Source of the DNA: Candidatus Latescibacterota bacterium
GTDB taxonomy: Bacteria; Latescibacterota; UBA2968; UBA8231
NCBI GenBank assembly: GCA_965243025.1
Contig: CBDETY010000003.1
Location: 1,024,001 to 1,088,000 of the forward strand
DNA length: 64,000 nucleotides
Direction of reading: 5' to 3'
How positions within the stretch are numbered: position 1 is the stretch's first letter; every line of letters starts with the position of its first letter. The position numbers were made by a program, and so were the translations under genes. Of this stretch, positions 18,951 to 29,254 are shown piece by piece. Below the pieces are notes generated by a model. That model ran no database searches. It saw only the letters and a program-made list of their open reading frames with translations, and was not told the origin of the DNA.

Positions 18951-19243
18951 CAGGCGAGGCCAAGTTGCAACAGGGTTCAGAACGCCCCTCTGCGCCCGCT
19001 GGCGGGAGGAAAGCGCCGGTCTTCAACGAATACAAGCGAGGGCTACCGCCATCGGGTTCCCAAGGCGTGGGGGGCGGGTGATCGCAAGGCGTTCGGGGAG
19101 TTTGCCGCTGCTCTGGTTGCACGTTACCCCGGTGGGCGGTTGGGAAGGGTACTGCCCTTTGCCCGTCGAGGTGGTACCGGCCGAAGGCAAGACTGTCCGT
19201 AAGGGGGTGTTCCCCCGGGAAATATGGCCCTTCGCCAAGGGTA

Positions 19244-20770
19244 TCAGATCCTCGCCGGCGCCAGGGGCCACGCCTGCAGGGACCGCACCCTTGCATCGCC
19301 CCCGCGCGCGAACAGGCTGACTCCGGTGCTGTCGGGCCGGGTCGGGTAGATGCGCTGGGTCACGCACTGCCGGCGGTTCGCGAACACCTCGAGGATCGAG
19401 CGGTCGAGGAATATCCGCAGCGTCAGAAGCTCCCCTGGTTCCAGCTCGAACGGCCCCTCCTGGGCGGTGACGTACTGCTCGCTCTCCGCCAGGTGCGGCT
19501 GCGGCCTGCGGTAACGGGTGTAGCGGATCTCCGGGTCGAGCGACGAGCGGCTGACCTCCACCCGCAGCACCGCGGCCTCGGCGTCCCAGGAGACCGCGGT
19601 CTCCTCCTCGCCTCCCGGGGAGCGCCGCACCTTCAGCCCCACCTCCCTCGCTTCCAGCGGATCGATCTCGACCGCCACCTCCAGGCAGTCACCGCCGACC
19701 CCCTCGACCGCCGCCTCGGAATCGGCGGGCACGTCGATGGATCCGTGCCGGACCGCATCCAGCCGCAGAACCTCCAGCTCGGGTACCGGATCGATCCGCA
19801 GGCGGCCGTCCGGGCCGAGCGACAGCAGGCGCGGGGCGGTCATGACGCCAGACCACCCGGAGGCGCGCTCCCGCTCGACGCCGCGCAGCTCCCGGATCCA
19901 GTCGAAGAAGACGCGCCGGCCCCGAGCGTCCAGAAGGGTCCGGGGCCCGCCGAGATGGCCGCCCTCCCAGCTCATGCGGCCGTGGACATCCGGGTAGAAC
20001 CGTTCCTCGCGGACCCGGCCGATGTAGTACTGGCTTCCCTGCAGGTGGCTGCAGAAGAGCAGCATGTGGCGGTCTCCGAGCGGGAAGAAATCGGGAACCG
20101 CGCAGTCCTCGCCTGCCTCCGTCCACTCCCGCCGCGACCGGTAGAACAGCCCGGCGAACTCCCAGTTCCTCAGGTCGGGCGATCTGAACAGGTACGCCGC
20201 GTCCCCCTGGTCCTCAGGGTCGCGCTTGTTGACGGCGGCGTAGTAGAGGCCGCCCTCCAGCCAGCCGCAGGGGTCGTGGATGGTGTAGCGGCCGAAGCCG
20301 GGGTCGCCCTCCTGCGGCTGCGGGATCACGGGGTTTCCCGGGTCTTTCGTCCACTCGAGCAGCAGGTCGTCGCTGCTGCGGGCGAGGCAGAGGCCGTCGG
20401 GATTGCCGTAGTAGATCAGCCTCGGGACCCCTGCCTTGTCGACAAGGGCCCCGCCGCTGAAGCAGCCGATGCGGTCCGGTCCGTCATCCTCCGGCGTCAG
20501 CGCCACCGGATGGTGGACCCAGTGCACGAGGTCGGCGCTGGAGGCGTGCCCCCACTGGATGCGGTTCCAGTAGGCCCCGTCCGGGTTGAGCTGGTAGAAG
20601 ATGTGGCAGCGCCCCTTCCAGTAGATGGCCCCGTTGATGTCGTTCATCCAGGCGGCAGGGGGCGTGAAGTGCCAGGCCGGCCGGTGCGGATCCCCGGCGA
20701 AGGCCGCAGCGAGATCGCCGGCCTCCCGGATCCGCGCTTCCGTCCGCTCAATCCGGTTTTCAGAAGTCAT
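19244..20770 (-). CDS. Glycoside hydrolase family 32 protein
   Basis: HF.P..WMNDING, WGHASSADLVHW, CFSG, HDP; C-terminal beta-sandwich LRIFLDRSILEVF. Confidence 0.9.
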   Translation of the reverse strand: MTSENRIERTEARIREAGDLAAAFAGDPHRPAWHFTPPAAWMNDINGAIYWKGRCHIFYQLNPDGAYWNRIQWGHASSADLVHWVHHPVALTPEDDGPDRIGCFSGGALVDKAGVPRLIYYGNPDGLCLARSSDDLLLEWTKDPGNPVIPQPQEGDPGFGRYTIHDPCGWLEGGLYYAAVNKRDPEDQGDAAYLFRSPDLRNWEFAGLFYRSRREWTEAGEDCAVPDFFPLGDRHMLLFCSHLQGSQYYIGRVREERFYPDVHGRMSWEGGHLGGPRTLLDARGRRVFFDWIRELRGVERERASGWSGVMTAPRLLSLGPDGRLRIDPVPELEVLRLDAVRHGSIDVPADSEAAVEGVGGDCLEVAVEIDPLEAREVGLKVRRSPGGEEETAVSWDAEAAVLRVEVSRSSLDPEIRYTRYRRPQPHLAESEQYVTAQEGPFELEPGELLTLRIFLDRSILEVFANRRQCVTQRIYPTRPDSTGVSLFARGGDARVRSLQAWPLAPARI

Positions 20771-21039
20771 GGGAAATCCCTGGGTTGCTGCCCGGAGTTC
20801 CGGGCATGAGCGATATTCCTGTCCTGTGCCGGGACAATAGCAAACCGGGACGGACCCTGTCGAGAAGGCGGAAGCCCGTGCCTGTTGCCTGAGGTTCACC
20901 CGTACCCGGCAGGTGTTTTTCGAGGGAACGTTCTCCCGGAATCCCCCGTCATATGGAGGATCACCCTTCATTCGACGGCGAGCGCATCCTGCGGGACCGG
21001 CCCTGTGATAATCAAGGGCGCTCCAGGCCGGACAGATTC

Positions 21040-22401
21040 ATGACGGAAGAAAATTTCAGCAACAGCATGGAATCCCGGATCTCGGAGTGGCGCGCCTGCG
21101 TGCGGGGCCGGGGGATTCCCGGCTCCGAGCTGGAGGAGCAGGAGCGCCTCCTGCGCCGGGAAGCGGCCGCGCTGGTGCAGGCCGGCCTTGAGCCAGAGGA
21201 GGCCTTCCTCGTGGCGGTCAAGCGGATCGGACGCCCCGACCCGCAATCGGGAGGGTTCGCCCCGGCGGACCTGGCCGGCTTGTGGAAACAGCTGGTCGCC
21301 GGCCCCGTCGCGGCTGCCGCCCGGACCGCTCCGCGGGAGATCCTCGTCGTTCTCGGCCTGGCTGCCGCGGGCGCCGCGGGGGTGAAGGCGCCCGAGCTGT
21401 TCGGCTGCTCGATGTTTGCCGGCTGCGAAAGCTTCCATGCCCGCAACCTCCCCCTCCTGGCGCTGATTCTGTTGACCGGGTACTTCGCCTGGAAGCGCCG
21501 GCTCGACAGGGGCCGCTGCCTGCGGCTGGCCCTGCCGTTCGCCGCGGCCGCTCTGTTCGCCAACATCTACCCCTTCTCGCCTGAGGGCTCCACCGAGGTG
21601 CTCACGGTGCTGCACATGCCGATAGCGCTGTGGCTGGCGGTCGGCTTCGCCCACGCCGGGGGCCGCTGGGGCTCCCCGGCCCGGCGCATGGAGTTCGTCC
21701 GCTTCTCCGGGGAGATGTTCATCCTCTACGTGCTCATCGCCCTCGGGGGCGGCGTGCTGACCGGGGTCACGGGGATGCTGTTCGCCGGCATCGGTCTCGA
21801 CGTCGAGTGGCTCGGACCGCTGCTGCTGCCCTGCGGGGCCATGGGGGCCGTCGTCGTCGCCGCCTGGCTTGCCGAGGTCAGGCAGGCGGTCGCCGGCAAC
21901 ATCGCCCCCATGCTGACGCGGCTGTTCACGCCGCTGTTCGCCGCGGTGCTGCTCGCTTTCCTCGGGGCCATGGTCTGGACCGGCAGCGGAGTCGGGGTGG
22001 AGCGGGAAGTGCTGATCGGTTTCGACCTGCTGCTGGTGCTCGTGCTCGGCATGGTGCTGTACGCGGTTTCTTCGCGCGACCCGGGGGCGCCTCCCGGCCT
22101 CTTCGACCTGCTCCAGCTTCTGCTTCTGGCCGCCGCCCTCGCCGCCGACGCCGCGGCCCTGGCGGCGATCGCGGGACGCATCTCCGAGTTCGGGTTCAGC
22201 GCCAACAAAGTGGCCGCCCTCGGGGAAAATCTCGTCCTGCTCGTCAACCTGGGGTGGTCGGCGTGGCTGTACGCGCGGTTCCTGCGGGGCCGCGGCTCCT
22301 TCTCCGCCCTGGAGCGCTGGCAGACATCCTACCTGCCGGTTTACGCTGTCTGGGCGGCGATCGTCGCCGTTCTCTTTCCGCCGCTTTTCGGTTATGTCTG
22401 A
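21040..22401 (+). CDS. Multi-pass membrane protein with permease-prefix N-terminal domain (DUF4153-like)
   Basis: GLEPEEAFLVAVKRIG N-domain followed by many hydrophobic helices. Confidence 0.75.
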   Translation: MTEENFSNSMESRISEWRACVRGRGIPGSELEEQERLLRREAAALVQAGLEPEEAFLVAVKRIGRPDPQSGGFAPADLAGLWKQLVAGPVAAAARTAPREILVVLGLAAAGAAGVKAPELFGCSMFAGCESFHARNLPLLALILLTGYFAWKRRLDRGRCLRLALPFAAAALFANIYPFSPEGSTEVLTVLHMPIALWLAVGFAHAGGRWGSPARRMEFVRFSGEMFILYVLIALGGGVLTGVTGMLFAGIGLDVEWLGPLLLPCGAMGAVVVAAWLAEVRQAVAGNIAPMLTRLFTPLFAAVLLAFLGAMVWTGSGVGVEREVLIGFDLLLVLVLGMVLYAVSSRDPGAPPGLFDLLQLLLLAAALAADAAALAAIAGRISEFGFSANKVAALGENLVLLVNLGWSAWLYARFLRGRGSFSALERWQTSYLPVYAVWAAIVAVLFPPLFGYV

Positions 22402-22563
22402 AAGAGGGCGGAGGCTGCGGCCCACAGGTACAACGGAAGATCGCGGGGCTCGGAATGCAGTTCCCCGGCGGCATGAGGTCCCGGCGTTCGAAAAGGAGGT
22501 TCCTCAGTGAACTCCAGGATGCGTGCAATTCAGGGTGAGTCCTTCCGGCTGCGGAATGCCGGC

Positions 22564-23079
22564 ATGCGGATGTGGTTGAAGCCGCTTGCCATCGCCTCCC
22601 TCCTCCTCGCCTCTTCCTGCGGCAAGGAGGATCCGGCGCAACCCGTGGGCGGAACGGAAGAGGCGCGGGTAAAGGCAGAGCTTGAGGGTCGCTCCTTCCG
22701 CCAGTTCGAGCCTTCCAGGGACGCGGATCGACGGAAAGCCGTCATCCTCGATTTCTTCGAGGGGATCACCATCTGGGCGCAGTATGCCGAGGGGAACCGG
22801 GCGGTATCCGAGTGGGAGGTGTCAGCGAGAGATTACCGAATCGAGCAGAATGGAACCTCGGTGGTCACCATTCATCTCGAGGAACCGGGCTCGAGCAGGC
22901 AGTTCCCCGAGGAGTGCGCGGACTGCATTCCGACTTCCAGGCTGTCGATCTCCATCCGGAACGTCTTCGATCCCGGGAGGATCTCCTTCAAGCTGAACGA
23001 TCCCGGCAACGACCTGCCCTCGCCGTTTCCGGTGTTCAAATCCTGGACCCGGTTCGAGGAAGACGAATACTTCGACTAG
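22564..23079 (+). CDS. Hypothetical lipoprotein
   Basis: Signal peptide ending ASSC; protein-like ORF. Confidence 0.65.
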   Translation: MRMWLKPLAIASLLLASSCGKEDPAQPVGGTEEARVKAELEGRSFRQFEPSRDADRRKAVILDFFEGITIWAQYAEGNRAVSEWEVSARDYRIEQNGTSVVTIHLEEPGSSRQFPEECADCIPTSRLSISIRNVFDPGRISFKLNDPGNDLPSPFPVFKSWTRFEEDEYFD

Positions 23080-23129
23080 CCTGCAATCGACTACGGGCCC
23101 CGGGACCTGACTGGAAAACCGAGGTTGAA

Positions 23130-24233
23130 ATGGACACGGAAAAAGCGGTAGAGCTTTTCGAAAAGAACTGGTTCCTGCGCGACCGGGAGAAACCCAAGCT
23201 CACCCCCGCCGAGCGGCAGCTGGTCGCCGCGGCGATGGGCCCGGCCCCGAAGCGGTGGGACGGCGCTCCCGATGTCGGGCGGATGGAAGAAATACTTGCC
23301 GCAAATCCGCAGGTGCTCGACCGCATCGGCGAGAATCTGCTTCAGGTCGTGGCCGCCATGAGAGGGTGCGGGCCGGCGGTGACGTTCCTCCTGGACCGCG
23401 GCGTGCCCCTCGAGATCGACGAATCGGCGTACAACGTGCTCCACGAGGCGGCCTGGGGAGGCATGGAGGATACCCTCCGGGCCGTGTTCGAGTCGGGGGC
23501 CGCGGACGCGACCTGCGTTTCGGTGCTGAAGCCGCACGTCGGCTGGCCCGACAACATCTCGCTCATGTACTGGGCGGCGTGCGGCGGCCACGTCGAGTGC
23601 GCCAGGCTCCTGATCCGCTACGGCGCCGGCGTTCATCACGAGCTGCCGATCAAGGGGAACGGCGAGAGGGGAACCACCTCCCTTCAGGAAGCGGTGGCGC
23701 CGAGCCATTGGGGCAAGGACCCTTCGCGGCTGGAGAGAAGGCTTGCGGTCGCGCGCCTCCTCATCGAGGACGGGGCGTACTACGACGTGTACTCTGCCTG
23801 CGCTCTCAACGACAGCGCCCGCCTGAAGGAGCTCATCGACGGGGACGCCGGGGTCGTCGTCGCCGCCGATGGGTACGGAATGACGCCGCTTCACTGGGCG
23901 GCGCGGGCAGGCTCGAGGGAGTGCGCGGAGAGGCTGCTGGCCCGGGGGGCCGAGGTGGACGCCCCGAACAAGGCGCGGCGCACGCCGCTGCCGCTGGCCG
24001 CCGAAGGGGACCGGCCGGAGATGATACGCCTGCTTTCCCGGCACGGGGCCGACCTGAACACCCAGGACAGGAAGGGGCGCACTCCCCTTCACCGCGCCAC
24101 CTACGAAGGCCGCGTCGCGGCGACCGAGGCCCTGCTCGATGCGGGAGCCGATCCCGCGGTCCTCAACCGGAACGGCAGGACCGCCTTCGAGATCGCCCGG
24201 AAGGAAGCGAAGCACTTCAGGCAGCGGGTCTGA
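23130..24233 (+). CDS. Ankyrin-repeat protein
   Basis: GMTPLHWAA, RTPLPLAA, GRTPLHRA, GRTAFEIA repeats. Confidence 0.9.
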   Translation: MDTEKAVELFEKNWFLRDREKPKLTPAERQLVAAAMGPAPKRWDGAPDVGRMEEILAANPQVLDRIGENLLQVVAAMRGCGPAVTFLLDRGVPLEIDESAYNVLHEAAWGGMEDTLRAVFESGAADATCVSVLKPHVGWPDNISLMYWAACGGHVECARLLIRYGAGVHHELPIKGNGERGTTSLQEAVAPSHWGKDPSRLERRLAVARLLIEDGAYYDVYSACALNDSARLKELIDGDAGVVVAADGYGMTPLHWAARAGSRECAERLLARGAEVDAPNKARRTPLPLAAEGDRPEMIRLLSRHGADLNTQDRKGRTPLHRATYEGRVAATEALLDAGADPAVLNRNGRTAFEIARKEAKHFRQRV

Positions 24234-24506
24234 GAGGGCCCCGCCCGCCAATGCGGATTCGGCGTTGCGCCTGTCCGCCGAATCGCACTGATTCGCTCCT
24301 GCTCGCGTACCCCCTTAAAAGGCTCGCGATGCCTGCTGGGCAGGCAGGATCAAAGAAGAGGGCTCCACCCCCGGCTCGCGCAGGCGACCGGACGAGCCAT
24401 GCGAGGGGGTATCGGTGAGGGAAGGCGACGGGACAAGCCGCCCCCAGGCTTTTGATTCACCCCCTGAGAAGCCCTTCACCAGGCTTCCTGTTTCCGGAGA
24501 ACAGCC

Positions 24507-26996
24507 ATGTCCGATCCTTTCACACCACTGAATATCGAGGGCGCCCTCAACGCCGGGGCCGGCAACGTCGAGATCGACGGCGACTGGCTGTGGCCCTGTA
24601 ATCCGGACGACCCGGACGGCACCGGGCTCGCCGGCATGCCCGCGGGGGAGCACCGCTTCTGGGGGATCCCCTTTCACCTGGCGCCGGCCGGCGCCGGCGA
24701 ACGCTTCGCCGTGGTGTCCCGGGCCGGCGGCAGGAAGGTGGCCGGGTCGGCAACCGTGCCGGTGGGGGCAAAGGCCAGGCGGGTCCTGTTCGCCCACGTC
24801 TGTTCCCCCTGCAACGGGGAACGGGCGACCATCGAGGGGGCCGCCGAGCAGGTCGGGACCTACCGCATCCTGTTCGAGGACGGCTCCGCGGTCGAGCAGG
24901 AGCTGCGCCGCCGCTTCGAGATCCACGACGTCAACGTCCCCTGGGGGCACCACCCGTTCCTCTGCCGCAACTGCCGCGAGTTCCGGTCGGTTCCGCTCCA
25001 CGACAAGGACGGTCCCTGGGGCCGCAACCAGGTCGGCACCGTCACCGAGAACGGCGGCGACCTCGAGGGCTGGTGGCTGTTCGACTGGGAGAACCCCCAC
25101 CCGGACAAACGGATAGAGGAGATCGCGCTGACCGCCTCCGGAGCGGCTGCGGTGGCGCTCGGCGCCGTCACCCTGTGCGACGAGGCGGGCGACCCTCTGG
25201 CCTGGCCTGCGCGCGCGGCCGTCGCCGTCACCGCGGGCGGGGGGGAAGAACCGGAGCTGTCGATGGAGCGCGGCGTGATCGCCCGCCAGGACGCCCTGTT
25301 CGTCCCGGAGGAAGGGTACCTGACGTCGGAGGAATCCGGCTGGGGGCTCGGGGGCCAGGAGGTGCGGCCCGGCGGCTACGCCGAGATCCACGGCTCCGCC
25401 GAAGGCCGGCTCGGGGTCCGCACTGAAGCGGACGGGGAGGAGGAGATCCGCTGGGGAGACGTGCTCGATTCCGGCGCAGTGGATCAGGGCCGGGTCCGGG
25501 TCGAGCTGGTCAGCCCGCGCGGCAACCAGTGGGTGCACGTGCAGGTCGTCGACGGGGAGAGCGGGAAGCCGGTGGGGACGCGGGTGCACTTCCGCTCGCC
25601 GCAGGGCGCCTACATCGCCCCCCACGGCCACCAGGCCGACATCAACACCGCCTGGTTCGAGGACATCGGCGGCGACTGCAAGGTGCGGGGCACCCCGTAC
25701 GCCTACATCGACGGCACTTGCCAGATCGACCTGCCGGTCGGGGAGGTCTACGTCGAGGCGGTGCGGGGGTTCGAGTACCGGCCGCTGCGCCGCAAGCTGG
25801 AGATCAAGCCGGGGCAGCGCCACCTGACGCTGACCCTGGAACGGGCCCTCGACATGAAGGAGCGCGGCTACTACTCGGGCGACACCCACGTCCACTTCCT
25901 GTCGTCGCAGTCGGCCCATCTCGAGGCGGCTGCCGAGGACCTCGACGTCACCCACCTGCTCGCCAGCCAGTGGGGGCGGCTGTTCACCAGCTGGGAGGAG
26001 TTCACCGGGGGGCTGGCGCCGACCAGCAGCGACGAGAACCTGATCTGGGTCAGCCAGGAGAACCGGCAGCACGTGCTCGGCCACATCAGCCTGCTGGGAC
26101 TGAAGGAGATGGTCGCCCCGCTGTGCACCGGCGGCCCCCAGGAGGACTGGATCGGCGGCGCCATCGAGGTGCTGATGGCGGACTGGGCGGAGGCATGCAG
26201 GAGCCAGGGCGGCCTGGTGATCATGCCCCACATGCCGGTGCCGGACTTCGAGAACGCCGCCAACATCGTCATGGGCCACGCCGACGCCGCGGAGATGTGC
26301 TGGGTCTGGCAGGGGGAGCGGATCGGCCAGGGGGAGCTGGGGTACTACCGCTGGCTCAACGTCGGCCAGAAGCTTCCCATCGTCGGGGGCACCGACAAGA
26401 TGTCGAACGACCGCGTTCTCGGGGGCTCGCGCACCTACGCGCAGCTCGCCGCCGGGGAGGAGTTCACCTTCGACAACTGGTGCCGGGCGGTGCGCCGCGG
26501 CACGACCTTCGCCAGCACCGGGGCGATGATCGACCTGCAGGTCGAGGGGCGGGGGATGGGGGAGGAGATCCACCTGCCCGGAAACGGCGGCACCGTCGAG
26601 GTCGAGGCGACCGCCGAGTCGGTCTGGCCCCTGACCGCGGTCGAGCTGATCGTCAACGGCGTTCCCGACGTGCGCGAGACCGCGCACGGGCCGACGACGA
26701 GGATCACCCTGCGCCACAAGCTGACGACGGAGAAGCCCTGCTGGGTGGCGGCCCGCTGCTGGGGCCCGCACCTGACCGACGCCGGCCCGGTGATGGCGCA
26801 CTCGTCGCCCGTCTACGTCAGCGTCGGCGGCCGGGAAGCCTTCGAGCCGGCGGACGGCCAGTACCTGATGACGCACATGGAAGGGGGCATCACCTGGGCG
26901 CAGCGGATCGGGGTCTTCCGGGAGGAGGCGGTCAGGGAGCGGCTGATCGCCCTGTTCAGGGAGGCGCAGGAAGAGCTGGGCCGCCGGGCGGGGTAG
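24507..26996 (+). CDS. CehA/McbA-family metallohydrolase
   Basis: EAVRGFEY, GYYSGDTHVH, QENRQHVLGH, YYRWLNVG, GGTD, RTYA, AHSSPVYV. Confidence 0.85.
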   Translation: MSDPFTPLNIEGALNAGAGNVEIDGDWLWPCNPDDPDGTGLAGMPAGEHRFWGIPFHLAPAGAGERFAVVSRAGGRKVAGSATVPVGAKARRVLFAHVCSPCNGERATIEGAAEQVGTYRILFEDGSAVEQELRRRFEIHDVNVPWGHHPFLCRNCREFRSVPLHDKDGPWGRNQVGTVTENGGDLEGWWLFDWENPHPDKRIEEIALTASGAAAVALGAVTLCDEAGDPLAWPARAAVAVTAGGGEEPELSMERGVIARQDALFVPEEGYLTSEESGWGLGGQEVRPGGYAEIHGSAEGRLGVRTEADGEEEIRWGDVLDSGAVDQGRVRVELVSPRGNQWVHVQVVDGESGKPVGTRVHFRSPQGAYIAPHGHQADINTAWFEDIGGDCKVRGTPYAYIDGTCQIDLPVGEVYVEAVRGFEYRPLRRKLEIKPGQRHLTLTLERALDMKERGYYSGDTHVHFLSSQSAHLEAAAEDLDVTHLLASQWGRLFTSWEEFTGGLAPTSSDENLIWVSQENRQHVLGHISLLGLKEMVAPLCTGGPQEDWIGGAIEVLMADWAEACRSQGGLVIMPHMPVPDFENAANIVMGHADAAEMCWVWQGERIGQGELGYYRWLNVGQKLPIVGGTDKMSNDRVLGGSRTYAQLAAGEEFTFDNWCRAVRRGTTFASTGAMIDLQVEGRGMGEEIHLPGNGGTVEVEATAESVWPLTAVELIVNGVPDVRETAHGPTTRITLRHKLTTEKPCWVAARCWGPHLTDAGPVMAHSSPVYVSVGGREAFEPADGQYLMTHMEGGITWAQRIGVFREEAVRERLIALFREAQEELGRRAG

Positions 26997-27016
26997 CGGC
27001 CCGGGATAGAGGAACC

Positions 27017-27703
27017 TCAGGCCTCGAAGGCGAGCACCCGCAGGGGAATCGCGTCGGTCTTCAGGGCCGGCAGCTGAATCGCCATGACGTAGACCCGGCT
27101 CGAGCGCAGCTCGCCGAGGTTGGCCAGGCTCTCGATCAGCGGGATCCCCCGGTCGAACAGGGTGTGGTGATTCGGCAGATCCCGGCGCCCGGCCACCTCG
27201 AGGCCGGGTGAATCGATGCCGACCAGCCTGACGTCCGGGGCCACCAGCCATTCCAGGGCCTCGTTCGAGGGGAACGGGTGCCCCTGTTCCGCCGCCTGCC
27301 GCCGGTCCCAGTCGAAGTGCATGAAGAGGATGTCGCCGCGGCGGACGCCTCCCGCCTTCGCCGCCGCGGCTTGCACCGCCTCCGGCTCCAGCGGCCTCCC
27401 CCAGGGCACCTCCGTCAGATCGAGCACCACCGCCTCTCCGAAGAAGCGCTCCACCGGCACCTCCCCGACGGAGGCGCCGTTCTCGACCGCGTGCAGGGGT
27501 GCCTCGACGTGGGTGCCGGCGTGGCCCCCCAGGCGCAGGGTCGTCACCACGTACCAACGGCCCTCCGGCGGCGCGCTTTCCGGGTCGGGGACGATGCTCT
27601 CGATTTCGGTTTCGTAGCGGACCCAGGGGTGCTGGTCCGGTCCCGTGTCGAGGGGCCGCGACAGGTCGACGACGCGGCTGTAGTTGAAGGCCGGCGCGTT
27701 CAT
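27017..27703 (-). CDS. Cyclase-family (kynurenine formamidase-like) metal hydrolase
   Basis: DLSRP, HAGTHVEAPLH, VGIDSP, LIESLANL. Confidence 0.88.
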   Translation of the reverse strand: MNAPAFNYSRVVDLSRPLDTGPDQHPWVRYETEIESIVPDPESAPPEGRWYVVTTLRLGGHAGTHVEAPLHAVENGASVGEVPVERFFGEAVVLDLTEVPWGRPLEPEAVQAAAAKAGGVRRGDILFMHFDWDRRQAAEQGHPFPSNEALEWLVAPDVRLVGIDSPGLEVAGRRDLPNHHTLFDRGIPLIESLANLGELRSSRVYVMAIQLPALKTDAIPLRVLAFEA

Positions 27704-27788
27704 CGCTGGCCGAACCCGGGGAAATTCAGGCCCTCTCCCGCCACATCGGCGAAACCCCGAACTCCGGAAACGATCACGGATATCCCGG

Positions 27789-28568
27789 CTACAGGGGAGC
27801 CGAGGCCGCGGTTTTCAGGGCCATGGCGGCTTCGGCCGGGGACTCGTACGCGGGAAGCTCTCCGGTCACCGTCACCCTGCCGTCGTACCCCGCGAGTCGC
27901 AGGGCCCGCAGGTATTCCGAGTGATCGGACGGGTAGGTCCGCGGGCGCCCGCGGCCGGGCTCGGCGATGTGGGCGTGGGCGAGAAAGGGGCCGGCCTCGT
28001 CGAGCTCGTCGAACGACTCCCCGTTGAGCTTCATGTGGAAGAAGTCGGCCATCAGGCGGACGTTGGGGTGGTCGATCTCGCGGACCAGTTCGCAGGCCTC
28101 GGGGACGGTGTTCAGAAGGTTGGCGTCGTCCCGGTTGTAGGGCTCCAAGGCGGTGACGACGCCCCGGCCCGCCCCGATTTCGCCGCAGAGCTCGAGGAAC
28201 TCGCGCACCTGCCCGCGCGCGCGGCCGCGGTCGAAGCGGTCCGGGACCCAGCGCGACCCGCCGCTGCCGTACCCGATCACCTCGACGCCGACGGCCTGCA
28301 TGCGGTCGAACAGCCCGGTGACGAACTCGCGCAGGCGCTGCAGGTCGCGGTCCGGTCCGACCACCATGAGACCGCGTCCCTCCGGATCGCCGATGAAGCC
28401 GCATATGGTCTTGACGGGCAGGCGGGAAGCGGCGAGTCGGCGGGCGGTCCCGGCTGCATCCTCCGCCTCGAAGCCGATCCCCGTCGGGTTCCACTCGGCG
28501 TAGTCGTAGCCCCACTCGAGGGCTGAATCCAGCTGCTCGAAACTGCCGATCAGGTATCCTATTTCCAC
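27789..28568 (-). CDS. Sugar phosphate isomerase/epimerase (TIM barrel)
   Basis: ALEPYNR, ADFFHM, HAHIAE; GTG start inferred. Confidence 0.85.
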   Translation of the reverse strand: MEIGYLIGSFEQLDSALEWGYDYAEWNPTGIGFEAEDAAGTARRLAASRLPVKTICGFIGDPEGRGLMVVGPDRDLQRLREFVTGLFDRMQAVGVEVIGYGSGGSRWVPDRFDRGRARGQVREFLELCGEIGAGRGVVTALEPYNRDDANLLNTVPEACELVREIDHPNVRLMADFFHMKLNGESFDELDEAGPFLAHAHIAEPGRGRPRTYPSDHSEYLRALRLAGYDGRVTVTGELPAYESPAEAAMALKTAASAPL

Positions 28569-28786
28569 GGTCAAGGCTCTGGAGGGTTCACGGACGGCCC
28601 GGGTCCGGAGCGGTTCCGGACCGGAGGGTCGATCCGCCATTGTCGACGCCGCGGCGAATGAACCCAATACGGCCGGCGCCGGCAAGGTTCGCCGGGCAGG
28701 CTGCCGGATGGTCGAGATGCCTGCCTGCCGGGACTCTGCAGTGCCTCCCGCAACGGGGCGGGGACCGTCGCGCCTCCATGCAGGGC

Positions 28787-29206
28787 TCACTCGCAGTAGA
28801 CCCGGACCTTGTCCTCCCCGTCCTGGACGTTGACCTCGATTTCGCACAGTGCGTCGATCAACTGCTCGACGCCGTCGCTCCGCAGGTCGTGAAGGTCGAC
28901 GTCGATGCCCTTCTTCTTCATCGTCTTCCTGATTCCCTTCGCCGCCTGTTCGGGCAGCAGGGTGTGCAGCTTGACCCCGGCCTTTATCAGGGCCAGCGGC
29001 ACGCGGACGTCGACGTGCTCCCCTCCCTCCGAGTCGATCGTGACTCTCAGGAACTTGGCCGCTTCGGGGACCCGGTGCGCCAGCTGATGGGTCGAGGCGG
29101 TCGCCTCCGGTTCCCCGTCGACCAGGGAGAGCAGGCGTTCTGCTTCGTCGACGGTAATCCTGCCCTCGGCGAGCATCTCGAGTACGCGTCTGCTGTTCTC
29201 GTTCAT
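28787..29206 (-). CDS. SHOCT-like (YvlB/LiaX N-terminal) domain protein
   Basis: RRVLEMLAEGRITVDEAERLL; FLRVTI...VDVRVPLAL; KVRVYCE. Confidence 0.8.
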   Translation of the reverse strand: MNENSRRVLEMLAEGRITVDEAERLLSLVDGEPEATASTHQLAHRVPEAAKFLRVTIDSEGGEHVDVRVPLALIKAGVKLHTLLPEQAAKGIRKTMKKKGIDVDLHDLRSDGVEQLIDALCEIEVNVQDGEDKVRVYCE

Positions 29207-29254
29207 GGCAGTCCTTTCAATTGTCGTGCGCAGCGCCCGTATCGCAGTCCGGGG

